A DNA stretch of 64,000 nt from Diplonema japonicum (GCA_964019335.1 OZ025657.1:434001-498000); one strand, 5' to 3'; numbered from the stretch's first letter, positions 11,229 to 23,321 are shown. A program made the numbers and translations. The notes: generated by a model from the sequence alone, not told the origin.

Positions 11229-12110
11229 CTAAAGTTTTGCGCCGACGGGAAGATCGAGCTTGAAAACCCTCTCAGAATTCCCACGCATGAATAAATGGCG
11301 AACTTCAACAGCATCCTTGTCAGGCAGCCCAGCGTACAATTTCTCTTGGTTGACAAGGCACCTCTGCGGAGGAAGCATAGGGTAGTTAGATCCGAAAAGG
11401 ACCTTGTACCTCCCAGACTTGGACCTCATGTAATCGATGATGGCTTGGGGGTACCTGTTTACAACATAAGCAGATGTGTCGATGAAAACATTGGGGTATT
11501 TTGTTGCCACAGCTATCATTTCATCAGTCCAAGGATAGCCAATGTGACCACAGACAATTTTAAGGTCAGGGAAGTCAAGAGCAATGCGATCGATGTAAGG
11601 AATAGGGCGTCCGAACTCAGAAGTACGGAGGGGCCCCGTGTGGCCAACTTGTATGCAAAGAGGAACACCTAGTTCCTCGCATATTGCGAAGAGGGGGTAG
11701 AAATTTCTGTGGGTAGGAGGCATGTTCCAGAGCCACGGGAGGATCCTCATGGCTTTGAAGCCGTATTCCAATATGCACTTCTTCGTCTCGTTCAGCATTA
11801 GATTTGGTTTATTGGTGTCCACGGAGCCAATCCCAAACAGTCTTCCTTTGCTCTGCTTCACGAATTCGTGGACCTGTTCATTGCTGATGAGGACGCCTTC
11901 CTTGCTGTACCATGCAGATGTCAGGGCGTACTCTATCCCGCCAGCATCGAGTACAGATAAGGTAGTGCTGACCTTCAGTGCCATCTTCTTGAGTTTGTCT
12001 TGAACCTCTTTTGAAGGTCCTCCCTTTGACGTCCATCTCCCGATTGAGGCGTTCCAGTCTGCCTTCGTGATCTCTTCAGTGGGGTGTTGGATCCAGGCAT
12101 CGACTGACAT
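11229..12110 (-). CDS. Amidohydrolase_2-family metal-dependent hydrolase (293 aa) with C-terminal PTS1 (AKL)
   Basis: DAWIQHP N-terminus; LGVPLCIQVGHTGP; DFPDLKIVCGHIGYPW; NVFIDTSAY; KVLFGSNYP. Ends in -AKL. No introns. Confidence 0.88.
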   Translation of the reverse strand: MSVDAWIQHPTEEITKADWNASIGRWTSKGGPSKEVQDKLKKMALKVSTTLSVLDAGGIEYALTSAWYSKEGVLISNEQVHEFVKQSKGRLFGIGSVDTNKPNLMLNETKKCILEYGFKAMRILPWLWNMPPTHRNFYPLFAICEELGVPLCIQVGHTGPLRTSEFGRPIPYIDRIALDFPDLKIVCGHIGYPWTDEMIAVATKYPNVFIDTSAYVVNRYPQAIIDYMRSKSGRYKVLFGSNYPMLPPQRCLVNQEKLYAGLPDKDAVEVRHLFMRGNSERVFKLDLPVGAKL

Positions 12111-12588
12111 TTCTTCTTTTTTTTTTTTTTTTTTTTTTTCCCTTTTAGAAATATGAAAAAAAAAAGCGTAAAAGAAATGCAGGAAAAAAAAAAAAAAGCA
12201 AGCAGAAAAAAAAAAAGAAAAGAAAAAAAGACAGAGATGGTGAAACGAGATTGGGGGAAGGAGGGCATGTAGGGTTTCTTTTTTTTTTTGTTTTTTTTTT
12301 TTTTGTAACGTGCATGTTGATGCAGAGGGGGGGTTTAAGCCCGATTAATAAACAGTAAAAACGGGACAAGGACACAAAAGAAAAGAAGAAGAAAAAAAAA
12401 GAGGGGGAAAAAAAAAAAACTGGACAAAAAAATGAGGAAAAGAAAATGACTTCAGAAAAAAAAGGGGGGGGGGGGCAAGAGGGGCATCCAAAACATAACC
12501 ACCTGCCTTCTTCTTCTTTTTTTTTTGAATGCTTTGCACAGAAAAGAAAAGTAAATGAATTGTTGCTGCAAAAGATATTTAGTCAGGA

Positions 12589-12628
<40 letters not shown>

Positions 12629-13708
12629 GTTCACTTAGTTATGTGTGGGGATCTTGAGCTTTTGTGTCAACAAAAAAAAAAAAACACCTATTTTCAGGCT
12701 GTATGGTTGGTGCTTCAATTCTTAATTTCTTTTATTTTTTAATAAGACGGTAAAAAGAAAATAGGACCCATAGCGTGCTCGTGCTCTTCTTTCTATTTCT
12801 CAAGAAGTTTGGAAGGGGGTAAAAAAAAAAAAAAAGCCAAAATATGCAAGAAAAAAGAAAAGAAGAAAAAGAAAAACTACATTATTTCGCATTTTTTTTT
12901 GTTTTTTAAAATCCCTTTTTCTCTTCCCCCTTCTTTTTATTTTCGGTATTCTCTCTTGCTGGGGGGGTAGTAGATGAAGGGAAAAGAAAAAAAAAATGTT
13001 TTCCTGACATTTCCCCTTGAATATAGACACCTGAAACAAAACAATTGGGGCGATTGGGGGCACACTCAGGGAGAGTGACACAGCAACAACAAAAAAAGCG
13101 TTTTTTTTGTTTTTGTTTTCTGTATCTCATCCGTGCAGCCTTTTTTTCTTTTTCTTTTTTTTTTTTTTTCATTTCTTTTTTGAAAAAAAAACAAAAAAAA
13201 AAGGGGGAGGAGGGAGAAAATTCCACTTAGCACCAAGAAAAAAAAAAAAAAGCAAACCCCCCACTTAAGCAGTTTTAGATGGCATCGGCCACGGGGTGGG
13301 AACCCTATAAGTTGGCCGTGTGATACGGGCAAGATGGAAGTACTGATATACTCACTGCGTGCACTTTGGTGTGAATGGAAAAAAGATGAACTGTAAACTT
13401 AACTTTTATACAAAAAGAAATCGGGCGTTTTAGTGATACCAAGGATTTGCAGATTTCTTCGAGGGGTATTGAGTGAGAATTTTGGGGGGGAAACAAAAAA
13501 AAAAAAAGAAAAAAAAAAAAAAAAAAAACGAGCATACTAAAGATAAGGAAAGCGGGGGGGTCAGAAGGGGGGGTGAGACACCAAGGGTCAGGGAAGAATG
13601 AAAAAAAAAAAAGTTCTTTTTTTTTAACTTTTACACACTACACCCCTTCTTACTTTCTCTCCAGCCCCCTCCCCTCCCTCCCCCCCCTTTTTTTCTTTCT
13701 TTCCTCTT

Positions 13709-16700
13709 TTACTGCTGCAAATGCAGAAGATCGACATCATTCTTACCCAACTTCCTATTAACATAAATTGTGATTAATTTCAACTGGCTGGTGCTAAGCG
13801 GTTTTAGTAAATCGACACAGGAGGAGCCGAGAGTCAAGTACAGTGCAACGAAGTTAAAAACAACAGCCTAAGTAGGAAGAGGTTTTTTTTCTTCCCCCCC
13901 CCCACCCCCCCACAAACCTTCCTCACCTCAGCTCGTTCCGATTTGAAGCCATTATACAGCGATTTGGTGAAGAAACCCGCTTTGGTAGCCAAATCACTTG
14001 CAGATTCTGCTCCCAACTGCATGGTGGCTCGCTCTAGAAGTTTGAAGAGCAACGGGATTTCCTCTTGCTGTTGGATGTGTTGAAGGGGAATGGGGGGAAA
14101 ATACCATTGAAGCAGGCCCTCTCCTGCTCAACTCCAGGCTCACCACATCAACGACCTCTTTCACATCCGCCTCCATCACCAAGCAGTGAAGCACATCTTC
14201 CACGTGATCGCTGACCTGATGGGCGATACTATTCATTACAAGCGCATACCGTAGGCTCAGGGTCACAGTAGCACTTCAGAACACCTCTGAAGTACTCTAC
14301 AAGGGCTGTTGAGTTGCCTGCTTGCGACAGTTTCAAAACGATAGCCTTGCCCAGCTCCATGAGGGAGAGGCGGAGCTCCTTTCCAAGCAGGTCGTCCGTG
14401 AAGCATGAGATGAGGGAAGCTGACGAAGAACCGGAAGTCCGCGTGAGGTACGCAGCAAGGTCTTGCAGGGGCGGCCATGGGATGCGGTCATTGAGGATCT
14501 TCCGAATGGAGCTAATCTTCTCAGGTTCCGATGAGCTGCCGTTGGTCACTGTGCCCCAGTGCCCGGTGTGCAGTGACGCCAGCCCTGGCGATACAGGCCG
14601 TCTGCCGTTAACAGGTGTCGTAGCCTTCCTTGCCTTGTCCCCCTGCGACGCTGATCGAAGCGCGCTTGTTGGTGTCCCCGCCCCCTGCCTTGTGACTGGT
14701 TTGCTCACCTTCCTCACAGGACTCTTCACAGGCACCGATGTTGGTACTTCCTCTACCTGCGATAGCAGTTCCGCATTCAACTGCTTCGGAGGAGCGTGTT
14801 TAGAGGGCGTGCGCTTTGCTGGTGCCACCCGAGGGGGCGCGTTCTGCTCTCTTGTTTTCAGCTCATCTCCAAGCGATGGGATGATCTTGCACACATTCAG
14901 CTGATCCGCAGATGACAGTGCCGCAACCTGAGGGGATTAACATTTTAAAATAAAAAAAGAACGCACCTCGTCAGTGAAAATGGCCGTGCTGACACTGTGC
15001 AGTACCGTCAAACATGTGCAGGAGGCCTTCCTGACGTCTTGGTTGGCGCTGTTGGCAAGGTACAGGAACCTGGAGATGCCCTGGCGCATGTCTGCGGTGG
15101 TTGGTGGTTAACATTGTGGACATACTTGCGCTCCTTCTTAAATATTCATGCGAAAAGTTCATGAGGTGCAAGAGGTACTCAAGGCAGCCAAGCTGTACTT
15201 GTGTGTTGGCAGAGTCCAGCACCTTGAGGAGGATGGGGAAGAGGACACGTGTTTGGCCACACTCGAGGAGCTTCTCAAGTAGCGAGACAGCTGCCTGGTG
15301 TGTCCTGGAGTTCCCTAACTTGGTAAACAAAACGAGGAAGATCCTCTCGAAGTAAGGCTCAAGCATGGCCGAGTCCTGCAGGGCCTCGGCAAAGGCAGAG
15401 CAGGTGTTGATGGCAGCCGTCGACACCAGCAAGTTGGAGTCCCTCAGCAGCGTGAGAACAGACAACATGACGGAAGGGAGCTTTGCTCTCACCAACCTGA
15501 AAGCAGAGGTAGGGGCCATCTGCGTGAAGGCCTCTAGGCACTTCACTTTGTTTGCTGAATCATTAGACTGCCCCATGGCGATGGCCTGCTCTACTGTTAT
15601 GTCTCGCAGGTCAGAGGCAGGTTGGGTGTGTGGGAGTTGCTGCGGCTGCGGGTCTTCCTCCGTCTCTTGTGCCTCGGATGAGATGCCTCCGTCGGTGGAC
15701 CCTACGGACGGCGGGTGATACTGGTTGCTGTTGGTAGATGTTTGGCTGTTTACGTCTTTTCCCCGCAATGCCCTCTTGCCCCCGGGCCTGGCCACGCGGG
15801 GGCTGGAGCGGAGTGCAGGGTTCTGCTGACCCTGTTGGGAGGGTGCAGAGGGGAGTGGCGTCTGAGACCTATTCGCAGCCCGCTGTTGACGGGAGGCGAC
15901 GAGCTTGGCAGGGACGGTGAGTGGCTCGCGTTGGTTCTGAGCAGAGTGGGAACGCATTGCGGACTTCTTTGTAGGAGAATTGCCCTCACCGCTATTGCTC
16001 AACGCGCTGGGGCGGCGGAGGGACTGCTCCTTGGCGACGAGGTCCCAGTCGACCTCGAGGTAGTTGGGGAGGCTGTCGTAGAGGTCCGAGTCGTCGGAGA
16101 CGTTCTTCTGCGCGACGGGGTCGAGCTGGCCGAAGAGGGAGTCGGAGCGGACGGGGTGCTTCGCATGCAGTGCCCAGAAGAGCAGTCTGGCCACCCTGCG
16201 CACTTCGGGCATTGGATCGTTAAGCCCTTGCTTTACAGCTCTGACTAAGAAGTCGAACTGCCTGGATGTGTAGTCGATGGCCTGCACCCTGTGCACCACG
16301 ATAAACATGACCTGGTACACAGTCTGGCGGTAGGTGCTGTGTTTGTTCTCGAAGTTGACGGGGTCGAGCACAGCACTGAGCGTTTTTTGCGTGATCTTAC
16401 CGTGCGTGATGATGTACCTGAGACACCTGGCGGAGGACTGGGAGATGATTGCGATGGTGACGACGCTGATCTTGAAAAGAGAATTAAGGAACCAGTCACC
16501 CATCGGTTCCCAGAGGTTGGGGGGGAGGTACTTGCACAGGCACATCACAGATAGGCAGGCCTCTTTCGAGACTGCGCTGCGGAGGTCTTGGATGGCCTGG
16601 TTCAGTTGATCTTTCATGTACTCGCGCATCCAGAGGAGGAAGTTTGCACTGTCATATGACCCTCCTGCCATCAACCCCTTGAACCGCTGCAGTGCCTTCA

Positions 16701-16887
16701 CCCTTTTCATCCATTCCTGGTTCTTCGAGTCAGCAGACAGTTGCCCAATCTCTATCAGCTCCCTCTTCAGCTCCCCATCTGTGATCGTAAGCGGCTCCGT
16801 CCCCAGCGCCCAATCATCCTCTGCTGCAGTTTCTAACAGCCTCCTGACCTTCGCCTTCCCCGGGCTGCATAGCCCACTGGTCACCAT
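13709..16887 (-). CDS. CLASP: CLASP-family (CLIP-associating/Stu1) TOG/HEAT microtubule protein, about 994 aa, 6 exons
   Basis: CLASP_N motifs WMKRVKALQRFKGL and DLRSAVSKEAC. GT-AG introns at 15092-15125, 14928-14966, 14216-14249, 14068-14104 and 13868-13917 join the ORF fragments in frame (2985 nt). They restore the CLASP C-terminal motif AEVRK|AVVFNFVALYLTLG...LSTSQLKLITIYVNR. Confidence 0.88.
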
Positions 16888-17298
16888 TGTGCCCCCCTTT
16901 GAGGTAATTCAAGAACTTTACGAATGCTACAAAAAAAAAAAACTTTTTTTTAATAAAAAGTGCCCAGCCGGGTTTGAGGGAGCACCTTTTCTTGTGGAAG
17001 CAAAAAAAAAAGAGAGAGAATAGAAAGAATATGAGGGGAACTAGAAACTAAAAAAAAAAAAAAAAAAAGAAGAATTTCTTTTTTTTTTTTTAAACTCCGC
17101 CACAAATTACATAAAGGCAATAAAAATTTTGTTTAGAGCAAAAATAAAAAAAAATCCACCATGAAAGGGGGGGAGAGGAGAAGCGGTAGCAACGACACCC
17201 CCCCTTACACCACTAGAAAGAAATGCCAGCCGCCTTCAGAGGGCTAGTTAGATGAGGCTGCAGCTGGGGAAGGGGAGGGGAGGTTTTTTTTTGTTTGT

Positions 17299-17667
17299 TT
17301 ATTCAGACGAGGTAACTCTACTGCCTGTTGAAGCACATGCCCCGAAGAGGTTTACATCCCCTGGTGCCTTGAACACATCGCGGCCCAGTTTGTCTCTACC
17401 ATCGACAAGGCCAGGGATCTTGTCCGCCTTTACTTTCACGAAGGATTCAACTTTTTCAGACTTCTTCGCGTGACCATCATAGTTGTTTGCAAGTAAAGCA
17501 GAATCCTGTGTAGAAGGCGGCTTGCTCGTGAAGTACGTCCCTTTACCTAGCACACAGTCTCCAGGACCTTCGCTCTGCTTGATGGTTCCCGTGGCTTTTA
17601 TCTTGGTTGCGGACTCCTTGTCGGTGTAGTGGTAAAGGTACTTCGGCACATCCTGCTGTTCGCTCAT
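17299..17667 (-). CDS. Small HYD1-type ADP-ribosyltransferase domain protein (Tox-ART-HYD1-like), 122 aa
   Basis: The LYHYT...IKATGTIKQS...GDCVLGKGTYFTSKPP...LANNY pattern matches the H-Y strands of HYD-clade ARTs. Poly(A) run before the ATG. Confidence 0.7.
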   Translation of the reverse strand: MSEQQDVPKYLYHYTDKESATKIKATGTIKQSEGPGDCVLGKGTYFTSKPPSTQDSALLANNYDGHAKKSEKVESFVKVKADKIPGLVDGRDKLGRDVFKAPGDVNLFGACASTGSRVTSSE

Positions 17668-18009
17668 TTTTTTTTTTTTAAACCCTTTTTTTTTAATGGT
17701 ATAGCCGGAAAAAAAAGGGGGGTTTCTTTTTTTTTTTTTTCCCCCCCACAACATAGTCAGCAACAAAAGAATGTATACAATTGTGCTTCAAAAAAAAATT
17801 TATATTTCAGGGTTAAAAAGCTCGTGTTTGTTGTATTTTAAAGATCATCATGGTGTCTTCTTCTTTTCTCTACTCATTATGGAGAAAGGAAACAAAATCG
17901 GATCAGCTGCAAAAGAAAAAAACATTGTGCTTCACATGGTTGTTCAGGGTTAAAAAGCTCGTGTTGTGTTTTGGTATATATCATCACATGGGATCAAGAG
18001 GAATACATG

Positions 18010-18300
18010 GGGGTGTAGTGGTAAAGGTACCTCGCCTCGCATCTTCTGTTCGCTCATTTTTTTTTTTTCCCCAAAAAAACCTTTTTTTTGTCCCTCTTTA
18101 TGGTAGCCGGAAAAAAAAGGGGGGGGCAATTTCTTCCCGGACAAAAATTAAGAGATTTACAATTTTTTTTTCCCTCTTTTTTGTTGCTGATTTTACAAGG
18201 TTATCAGCCGAACAAAGAATGTATACAATTGTGCTTCAAGAAAAAAATTCAGGGTTAAAAAGCTCGTGTTGTTGTATTTTAAAGATCATCATGTTTTCTT
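18010..18300 (-). pseudogene. Truncated, frameshifted duplicate of the ART gene 5' end plus its upstream region
   Basis: ATGAGCGAACAG...GTACCTTTACCACTACACC repeats the first codons of 17667 out of frame. The upstream block gaatgtatacaattgtgcttcaa...cagggttaaaaagctcgtgtt...aagatcatcatg is duplicated from about 17770-17855. Confidence 0.7.
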
Positions 18301-18623
18301 TTTAAAAAAAAGCGATGTTTGAGGACAAATCCCACTCACTGAGGATCACCCTAAAAAACATTGGGGGGGGGGGGATGGCAAAAAAAGTGCCTCCCCCAGC
18401 AGTGCTGCGTAAACAAAAAGAATACTAACGAGGGAAAAGAAAGAAGGAATACAGACGACAAACAAAATTGCAGGGAGGGGAGGGGGGGGGGGGGGGGGGG
18501 AGAATGGGGGAAATAAATCACCTGTCAAAGAGGGTGGGCTGTTTTTTCTTCCCCCTTTTTTATTTTGTACTGACTGAGTGTATGTGTGGGGGTGGGGCGG
18601 GGGATTTGTTCACACTTAATAAA

Positions 18624-21377
18624 TTACGGGGAAGAGTGCAACGGCACAGAACCCTCAAAGCCCTTGGCGAAGCCCCGCGCCGGAAGGTCAATGTGGATGT
18701 TGTTCTCCACCAAGCGATTCTCGATCTCTCGCCGACGCTGCCTGGCGTCACGCAAGGTCTTCTCCATCTGTTCCTTCTTGTCGCTGGGGTTCTTGACCAG
18801 TGTGGGGAGCGGGTTGTGGCCAACAGGGGAAGCCGAACGGCTTTTAACCTTCTCCTGAAGTACTTCCTCCTCCAACCTCTCACGCCTCGACACCAACTCA
18901 CGAAGCCTGCCCATTTCAGAAATACTATCATTGCTCACCACAGATGCGTCCCTTACATACGACGTTGTCGAACTCGCGTCCGCCTGACTATACACAGCAG
19001 GCGGGGGTGGGATACCAACAGACGCACCGTCCTTTGCCAAGGCCAGCGAGGCGGACCCTAAGAGGTCCCTTAAGCCGTGCATGTAATCGTCAACTGCACT
19101 GAAAGCGTTGCCAAGGTATGCATCCACAGCGCGTGTTGCATAGGTATCCACAACAGTGGACGGCATTAATGGAGGCACCGTTGGGGACAGTGGAGATACC
19201 AAAGACATGGGTTCCTCCTGCGGGGCGAAAGCCACGTCCACGCCCACAGACACCGTGTCTGCAGTGGCTTGTACGTCTTTTGTCGTTGTTGGAGTTGGTG
19301 TGGTTTGTGTGTCGCGGGTTTCGCATATCGGTGGTATCGGTGCGCCCCTTGTCGAGGGCACCGTCAGCAACCCCACCACTGCTTCGAGCTGTTCGGTTTC
19401 TATCTTGCCCCTTTCTATGGTTTCCGTCAGCTCCGTCTTTGTTATTTCAGATATCAAACAGGTGCTTGTTGCGTCCTTCGTTTCTCGGTGTTGTGTTTGT
19501 GTTTGCATCTCCACCACTGCCGTTCTGTGGTTCACAGGACTCGCCTCTCTTACCGTACCTGCGGCCAGCATTGTCCCGATCTCGTCATCAAGGTTTTTCA
19601 GCATCACCTCGTCCGCACTGTTGTACACCTTCGCAACCCCAGGTGTGACCTCCCCAACACGCTTCATGTCTCGCAGTGCTGTTTGCAGCTCCGTGTCCAC
19701 ATCCGGTACCTTGAACCCTTCTGACACCTCCTTCTGCAGAATGGCACCCACGGGGTCGTTGGGCATGGGTGACGGCAGCACAGCAGCATTGGGTTTGATG
19801 AGAGAGGGCAGGTTGTGGCTTTTTGATGCTTTCAACGGGTGCATTTCGCCGAATGACATGTCGGAGGAGTCAACGCAGAAGAGCCCTTTGCTGCGGTGCA
19901 TCCCCACGCTCGAGCTTGCTAGGGGGCTTACGTCCGTGCTGAAGCTGTAGCCGTCCTCTGGTATACCACCGAAGGTTGTTGGGGTGTCGGTGGGCGACGG
20001 TGTGTTGTCCTCGCCGTCGGACACTGCGCTGCCGCCTTCGCTAGTGAAGCTTGCGTTGCGCGCATTGAGCGCTTCGTACGTGACAGGTGACATCTCATCC
20101 TCTGTCCGTACCTCTGTTGTCTCACGGAACCGCACTGTGCGTTCCCTCTCTGACGCCACGGTGCGGTTGACCTCCTCAACTAGCTGCTTCAAGTGTGGTA
20201 TGTCCTTCGGCATCATCAATTGCAGGACTCTCATCGGCCGTGTCTTCTGCACTCTATCGCCGAACTCCTTTGCAAGCCCTCCCCGTATAGACAGTAGCAG
20301 CACATATTCCACCGAGTCGCGCATCACCATCTTGATCAGGTCGTTGCTGTGGTCGGCTGCTAGCGAAGTGATCTCCGTGATGCGCTCCTTCCACACCTCC
20401 TGCTGCTCCGTGTCGAAGATGATGATGTCCAGCTGTGTGAGGGTGATGGTGCAATCGGTGTACCCGCCTTCTACGTGCACCCACTGCGCGGCTGCCTTCC
20501 ATCGCAGGTTTCTCTCTGTTGCGTCTTCGACATCGCTGAGGCGTCTGGCCCAACGCTCTTTGTGGACACTTTTCCTGCCGATTTGGATAGTGCCGGTACT
20601 GCAGGGTTTGGGGAGAGGGGGACGGGAGAGAATTGGAAAAGGGGGTTTGGGGGGCGGGGGGTCTCCTTCGTCAATGGCGTAGTCCTCCTGATCGGCGGGG
20701 GAGACAGAGGGGGAGGGGGGGACGCCTTCCAACTCCTCTTCGTCATCTTCGTAGATCTCAGACACAAAGCGTTCCTGCACCTTAGCGACGACAAGCTCAT
20801 GCAGCTCCTTCGCATTGAATAAAGTCTCCCATTCACTGACCTCCGTTTTCGAGGATTCCATTGTGAAGTAGAGGAACTGGACACGTTCAGAAGCTTCGAG
20901 AACAAGCTTAATGTCATTGCAGAGCTTAGCGATGGGGGCAAGGGCACAAGGAGTGTCAAGAGAAAGGCTGAGCATGTGAGGGAGGAAGTAGAGAGGCTGG
21001 CACATAGAATCGGATTTCAATGAAATGAAGCCGATGTCATGAAAGATGTAGAAGTCGACGAAGGGCTCATCCTTATCATGCCGCGAAGGGAGGTCGGTGC
21101 ATAGGACCTGGTTGCCACTCAGATCGTAATGGAACAGCTTCGCATCTGTTATGATGACGACGCCCATTTCCACAGCGATTTCGTCCTCGAATACCATCCC
21201 CACGCACCTCACCAACAGCTCGCCGGGTTCCTCATCCTCCCAGCATTCTTTCGTAACCTCTTCCGCTGCTTCTTCTCCCTCCCTTTCGTTTTCCCTCGCT
21301 TCTGAAACGGTCAGATTCCCATACCCTTCGACATCACCATCTAGATACTTCTTCAACACAGGGGTATGTAGGGGCAT
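18624..21377 (-). CDS. Hypothetical protein (about 917 aa) with two possible PH-like beta regions, low-complexity centre and C-terminal coiled coil
   Basis: Long open frame with coding-like composition from MPLHTPV. The upstream poly-F/poly-K extension is homopolymer UTR. The PH-like call is tentative. Confidence 0.75.
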   Translation of the reverse strand: MPLHTPVLKKYLDGDVEGYGNLTVSEARENEREGEEAAEEVTKECWEDEEPGELLVRCVGMVFEDEIAVEMGVVIITDAKLFHYDLSGNQVLCTDLPSRHDKDEPFVDFYIFHDIGFISLKSDSMCQPLYFLPHMLSLSLDTPCALAPIAKLCNDIKLVLEASERVQFLYFTMESSKTEVSEWETLFNAKELHELVVAKVQERFVSEIYEDDEEELEGVPPSPSVSPADQEDYAIDEGDPPPPKPPFPILSRPPLPKPCSTGTIQIGRKSVHKERWARRLSDVEDATERNLRWKAAAQWVHVEGGYTDCTITLTQLDIIIFDTEQQEVWKERITEITSLAADHSNDLIKMVMRDSVEYVLLLSIRGGLAKEFGDRVQKTRPMRVLQLMMPKDIPHLKQLVEEVNRTVASERERTVRFRETTEVRTEDEMSPVTYEALNARNASFTSEGGSAVSDGEDNTPSPTDTPTTFGGIPEDGYSFSTDVSPLASSSVGMHRSKGLFCVDSSDMSFGEMHPLKASKSHNLPSLIKPNAAVLPSPMPNDPVGAILQKEVSEGFKVPDVDTELQTALRDMKRVGEVTPGVAKVYNSADEVMLKNLDDEIGTMLAAGTVREASPVNHRTAVVEMQTQTQHRETKDATSTCLISEITKTELTETIERGKIETEQLEAVVGLLTVPSTRGAPIPPICETRDTQTTPTPTTTKDVQATADTVSVGVDVAFAPQEEPMSLVSPLSPTVPPLMPSTVVDTYATRAVDAYLGNAFSAVDDYMHGLRDLLGSASLALAKDGASVGIPPPPAVYSQADASSTTSYVRDASVVSNDSISEMGRLRELVSRRERLEEEVLQEKVKSRSASPVGHNPLPTLVKNPSDKKEQMEKTLRDARQRRREIENRLVENNIHIDLPARGFAKGFEGSVPLHSSP

Positions 21378-22033
21378 TACATGGTCCGATGGCTTTTTTT
21401 TTTTTTTTTTTTTACCCCTACTTTTTTTTTTTTTTTTTTTTCGCTCTTTGATTATTAAGGAGGTCTGGGGGGGAGAGAAAAAAAAAAAAAAAAAAAAAAA
21501 AAATACTACTGTCAAAAACTGACTATGGGTGGGGTTTACAACTACCCACGGTAGTGGGCGGCATGCCTATCTGGCCTCTCCGTTCTTCGTCGCTTCGACA
21601 ACCCGTTCGCGGCTCATGTTCGCGAGTACAGCGCTGAGTCATTTTCCTTTTAAACCTGTGAACATTGGTAAGAGCGCACTACTTCAAGAAGTTGCTTTTT
21701 TTAAATAAAGGGTTTGCGTTTTTTCGCGCTCACCAATAACTTAGTAGTAAAAGTGGAAAAAGAGGAAGAGAGTGGGAATAGAGAAAGAAAAAAAAAGAGA
21801 GAGGAAGTAACATTGTATATAAGGTGTTCAGGTTAATTCAGTTGTGTTCACTAGATAAAAAGAGGGGATTTCCCAATTTTTTTTTGTAAAAAGGAAGAGA
21901 AGTGCTCTATTGTAAGCGAGCATAGCATTGAGACAATTGCTGCAAAAAGAAAGTGGGGGGGAAAAAAGCTGCAGTTTGAAAGAATTTATTTATTATTTTT
22001 TTTTTATTATTTTGTTTGCTGCGTTTTGAACAT

Positions 22034-23026
22034 CTAAAACAACAGCACAGCTGCGACGAGCGCAAGAAGAAGGGCGGAGACGGGGTGAGCTGCGGACGCA
22101 GCGTTCTCCTTGTACTCCTTGGTGAACTCCGCCCAGGTGAGGTAGCCATTGACGTTCTTGTTGGCGTTCAGCTGCACGTACTGGCAGTGGATGTCGAGAG
22201 TGAGGGGTGCCACGAAGTCCGCCTGCACGGAGAGGGTCGCACTGTTCAGAGTACCCGTGGCACAGGTCCCGAAGTTCTTCACGAGTCTCGAGTCGGGGGT
22301 CTTGTTGTTCTGAACGATGCACTTCGCGTCGGTGAAGTCGCTGTCCACGAGGGCTGCCACCCAGCCGCTCGTCACCTTGTTGCATGCAGCCTGCGAGCTC
22401 ACGAAGCTGCTCGCAACGGCTGCGCATTTAGTGTCATAAGACTGGCAGCACCCGCTGCACTCGGGCTCCGCTCCGCACGCCTTCTTGCTCAGGGACTCTG
22501 TGGTGGTTGTTTTCGCGGTGCCTGTGCACTTGCTCCCTGTCCAGCTGCGCGTCTTCACCCCGCCCTTCTTCATCGCAGTAATGTAGTTCGTCACCACGCA
22601 TTGCTCGGCCGCTGTCAGCGACGGGTTGAATTTTGCGGACCCGAGGGCAGTCACCACGCATGTGTCCGCCGTCAGCGTCTTGACCGCCGCTGTCCCCTCG
22701 CACGTCTTCGAGTCCTTCCAGTAGGACAGCTGCAGGGCCTCCGCCCCCTTTGCGGGGCACGCCGTGTCGTCGATCTTCAGCATCACAGAGTATGTCAGAG
22801 TGCTGTCCGTCAGGCATTCGTCGATCGTCAGCCCGCTCAGCTCCGCCCCTGCCGTCACGAACGGCTTCACCGCAACATTGTCCGTCGCAGCGTAGCTCCA
22901 CAGTGCCGCCTTCGGGTCCACAACCCCGGTGCAGTCTGCGCTCGTGTAGAACACGGGGTTTGTGAAGGGGCTCGCTGCAGCAGCGGTGAGGGACACACCC
23001 ATCGCAAGGAACAGAGCAGATTGCAT
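22034..23026 (-). CDS. Cys-rich secreted, probably GPI-anchored surface protein (330 aa)
   Basis: Signal peptide MQSALFLAMGVSLTAAA, many paired Cys, and a C-terminal small-residue site followed by a hydrophobic tail (ENAASAAHPVSALLLALVAAVLLF). High GC3. Confidence 0.8.
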   Translation of the reverse strand: MQSALFLAMGVSLTAAAASPFTNPVFYTSADCTGVVDPKAALWSYAATDNVAVKPFVTAGAELSGLTIDECLTDSTLTYSVMLKIDDTACPAKGAEALQLSYWKDSKTCEGTAAVKTLTADTCVVTALGSAKFNPSLTAAEQCVVTNYITAMKKGGVKTRSWTGSKCTGTAKTTTTESLSKKACGAEPECSGCCQSYDTKCAAVASSFVSSQAACNKVTSGWVAALVDSDFTDAKCIVQNNKTPDSRLVKNFGTCATGTLNSATLSVQADFVAPLTLDIHCQYVQLNANKNVNGYLTWAEFTKEYKENAASAAHPVSALLLALVAAVLLF

Positions 23027-23321
23027 TTTCTTTTTTGTTGGTTTTGGTAGTTTGTTGTTAAACTGTGAAAAGAACAAAACGGTGTATTAAGACGCTTAAG
23101 AGGACCAGGACACCCAAAGGAACTGGAACGTGTGAAACTTATTTCCCACGGGAACATCCCTCAGCTGGCTACCAACGCTTGGTAAAGTAGAAACGAAAAA
23201 CTTAAATAAAAAGCAGTGTTTTTTTTTTTTTTTTTTTTTTTCCTGAACTTTTTTAAGATTGTGTAAGAGGGAATGGGAGAGTGAAAAGAGGAGTGCATAT
23301 GGACGCAACGAATAGGTCAGT

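Noticed and set aside
14971-15125. Programmed frameshifting or stop-codon readthrough to explain broken ORFs (CLASP, DYNC2LI1, PKAR and others)
   Set aside because: Each break is resolved by a short GT-AG intron that restores the frame and conserved motifs under the standard genetic code.
21523-21642. 39-codon minus-strand ORF (MTQRCTREHEP...) upstream of the 21377 gene
   Set aside because: Too short, with no homology or duplicate to show coding constraint. At most a uORF.
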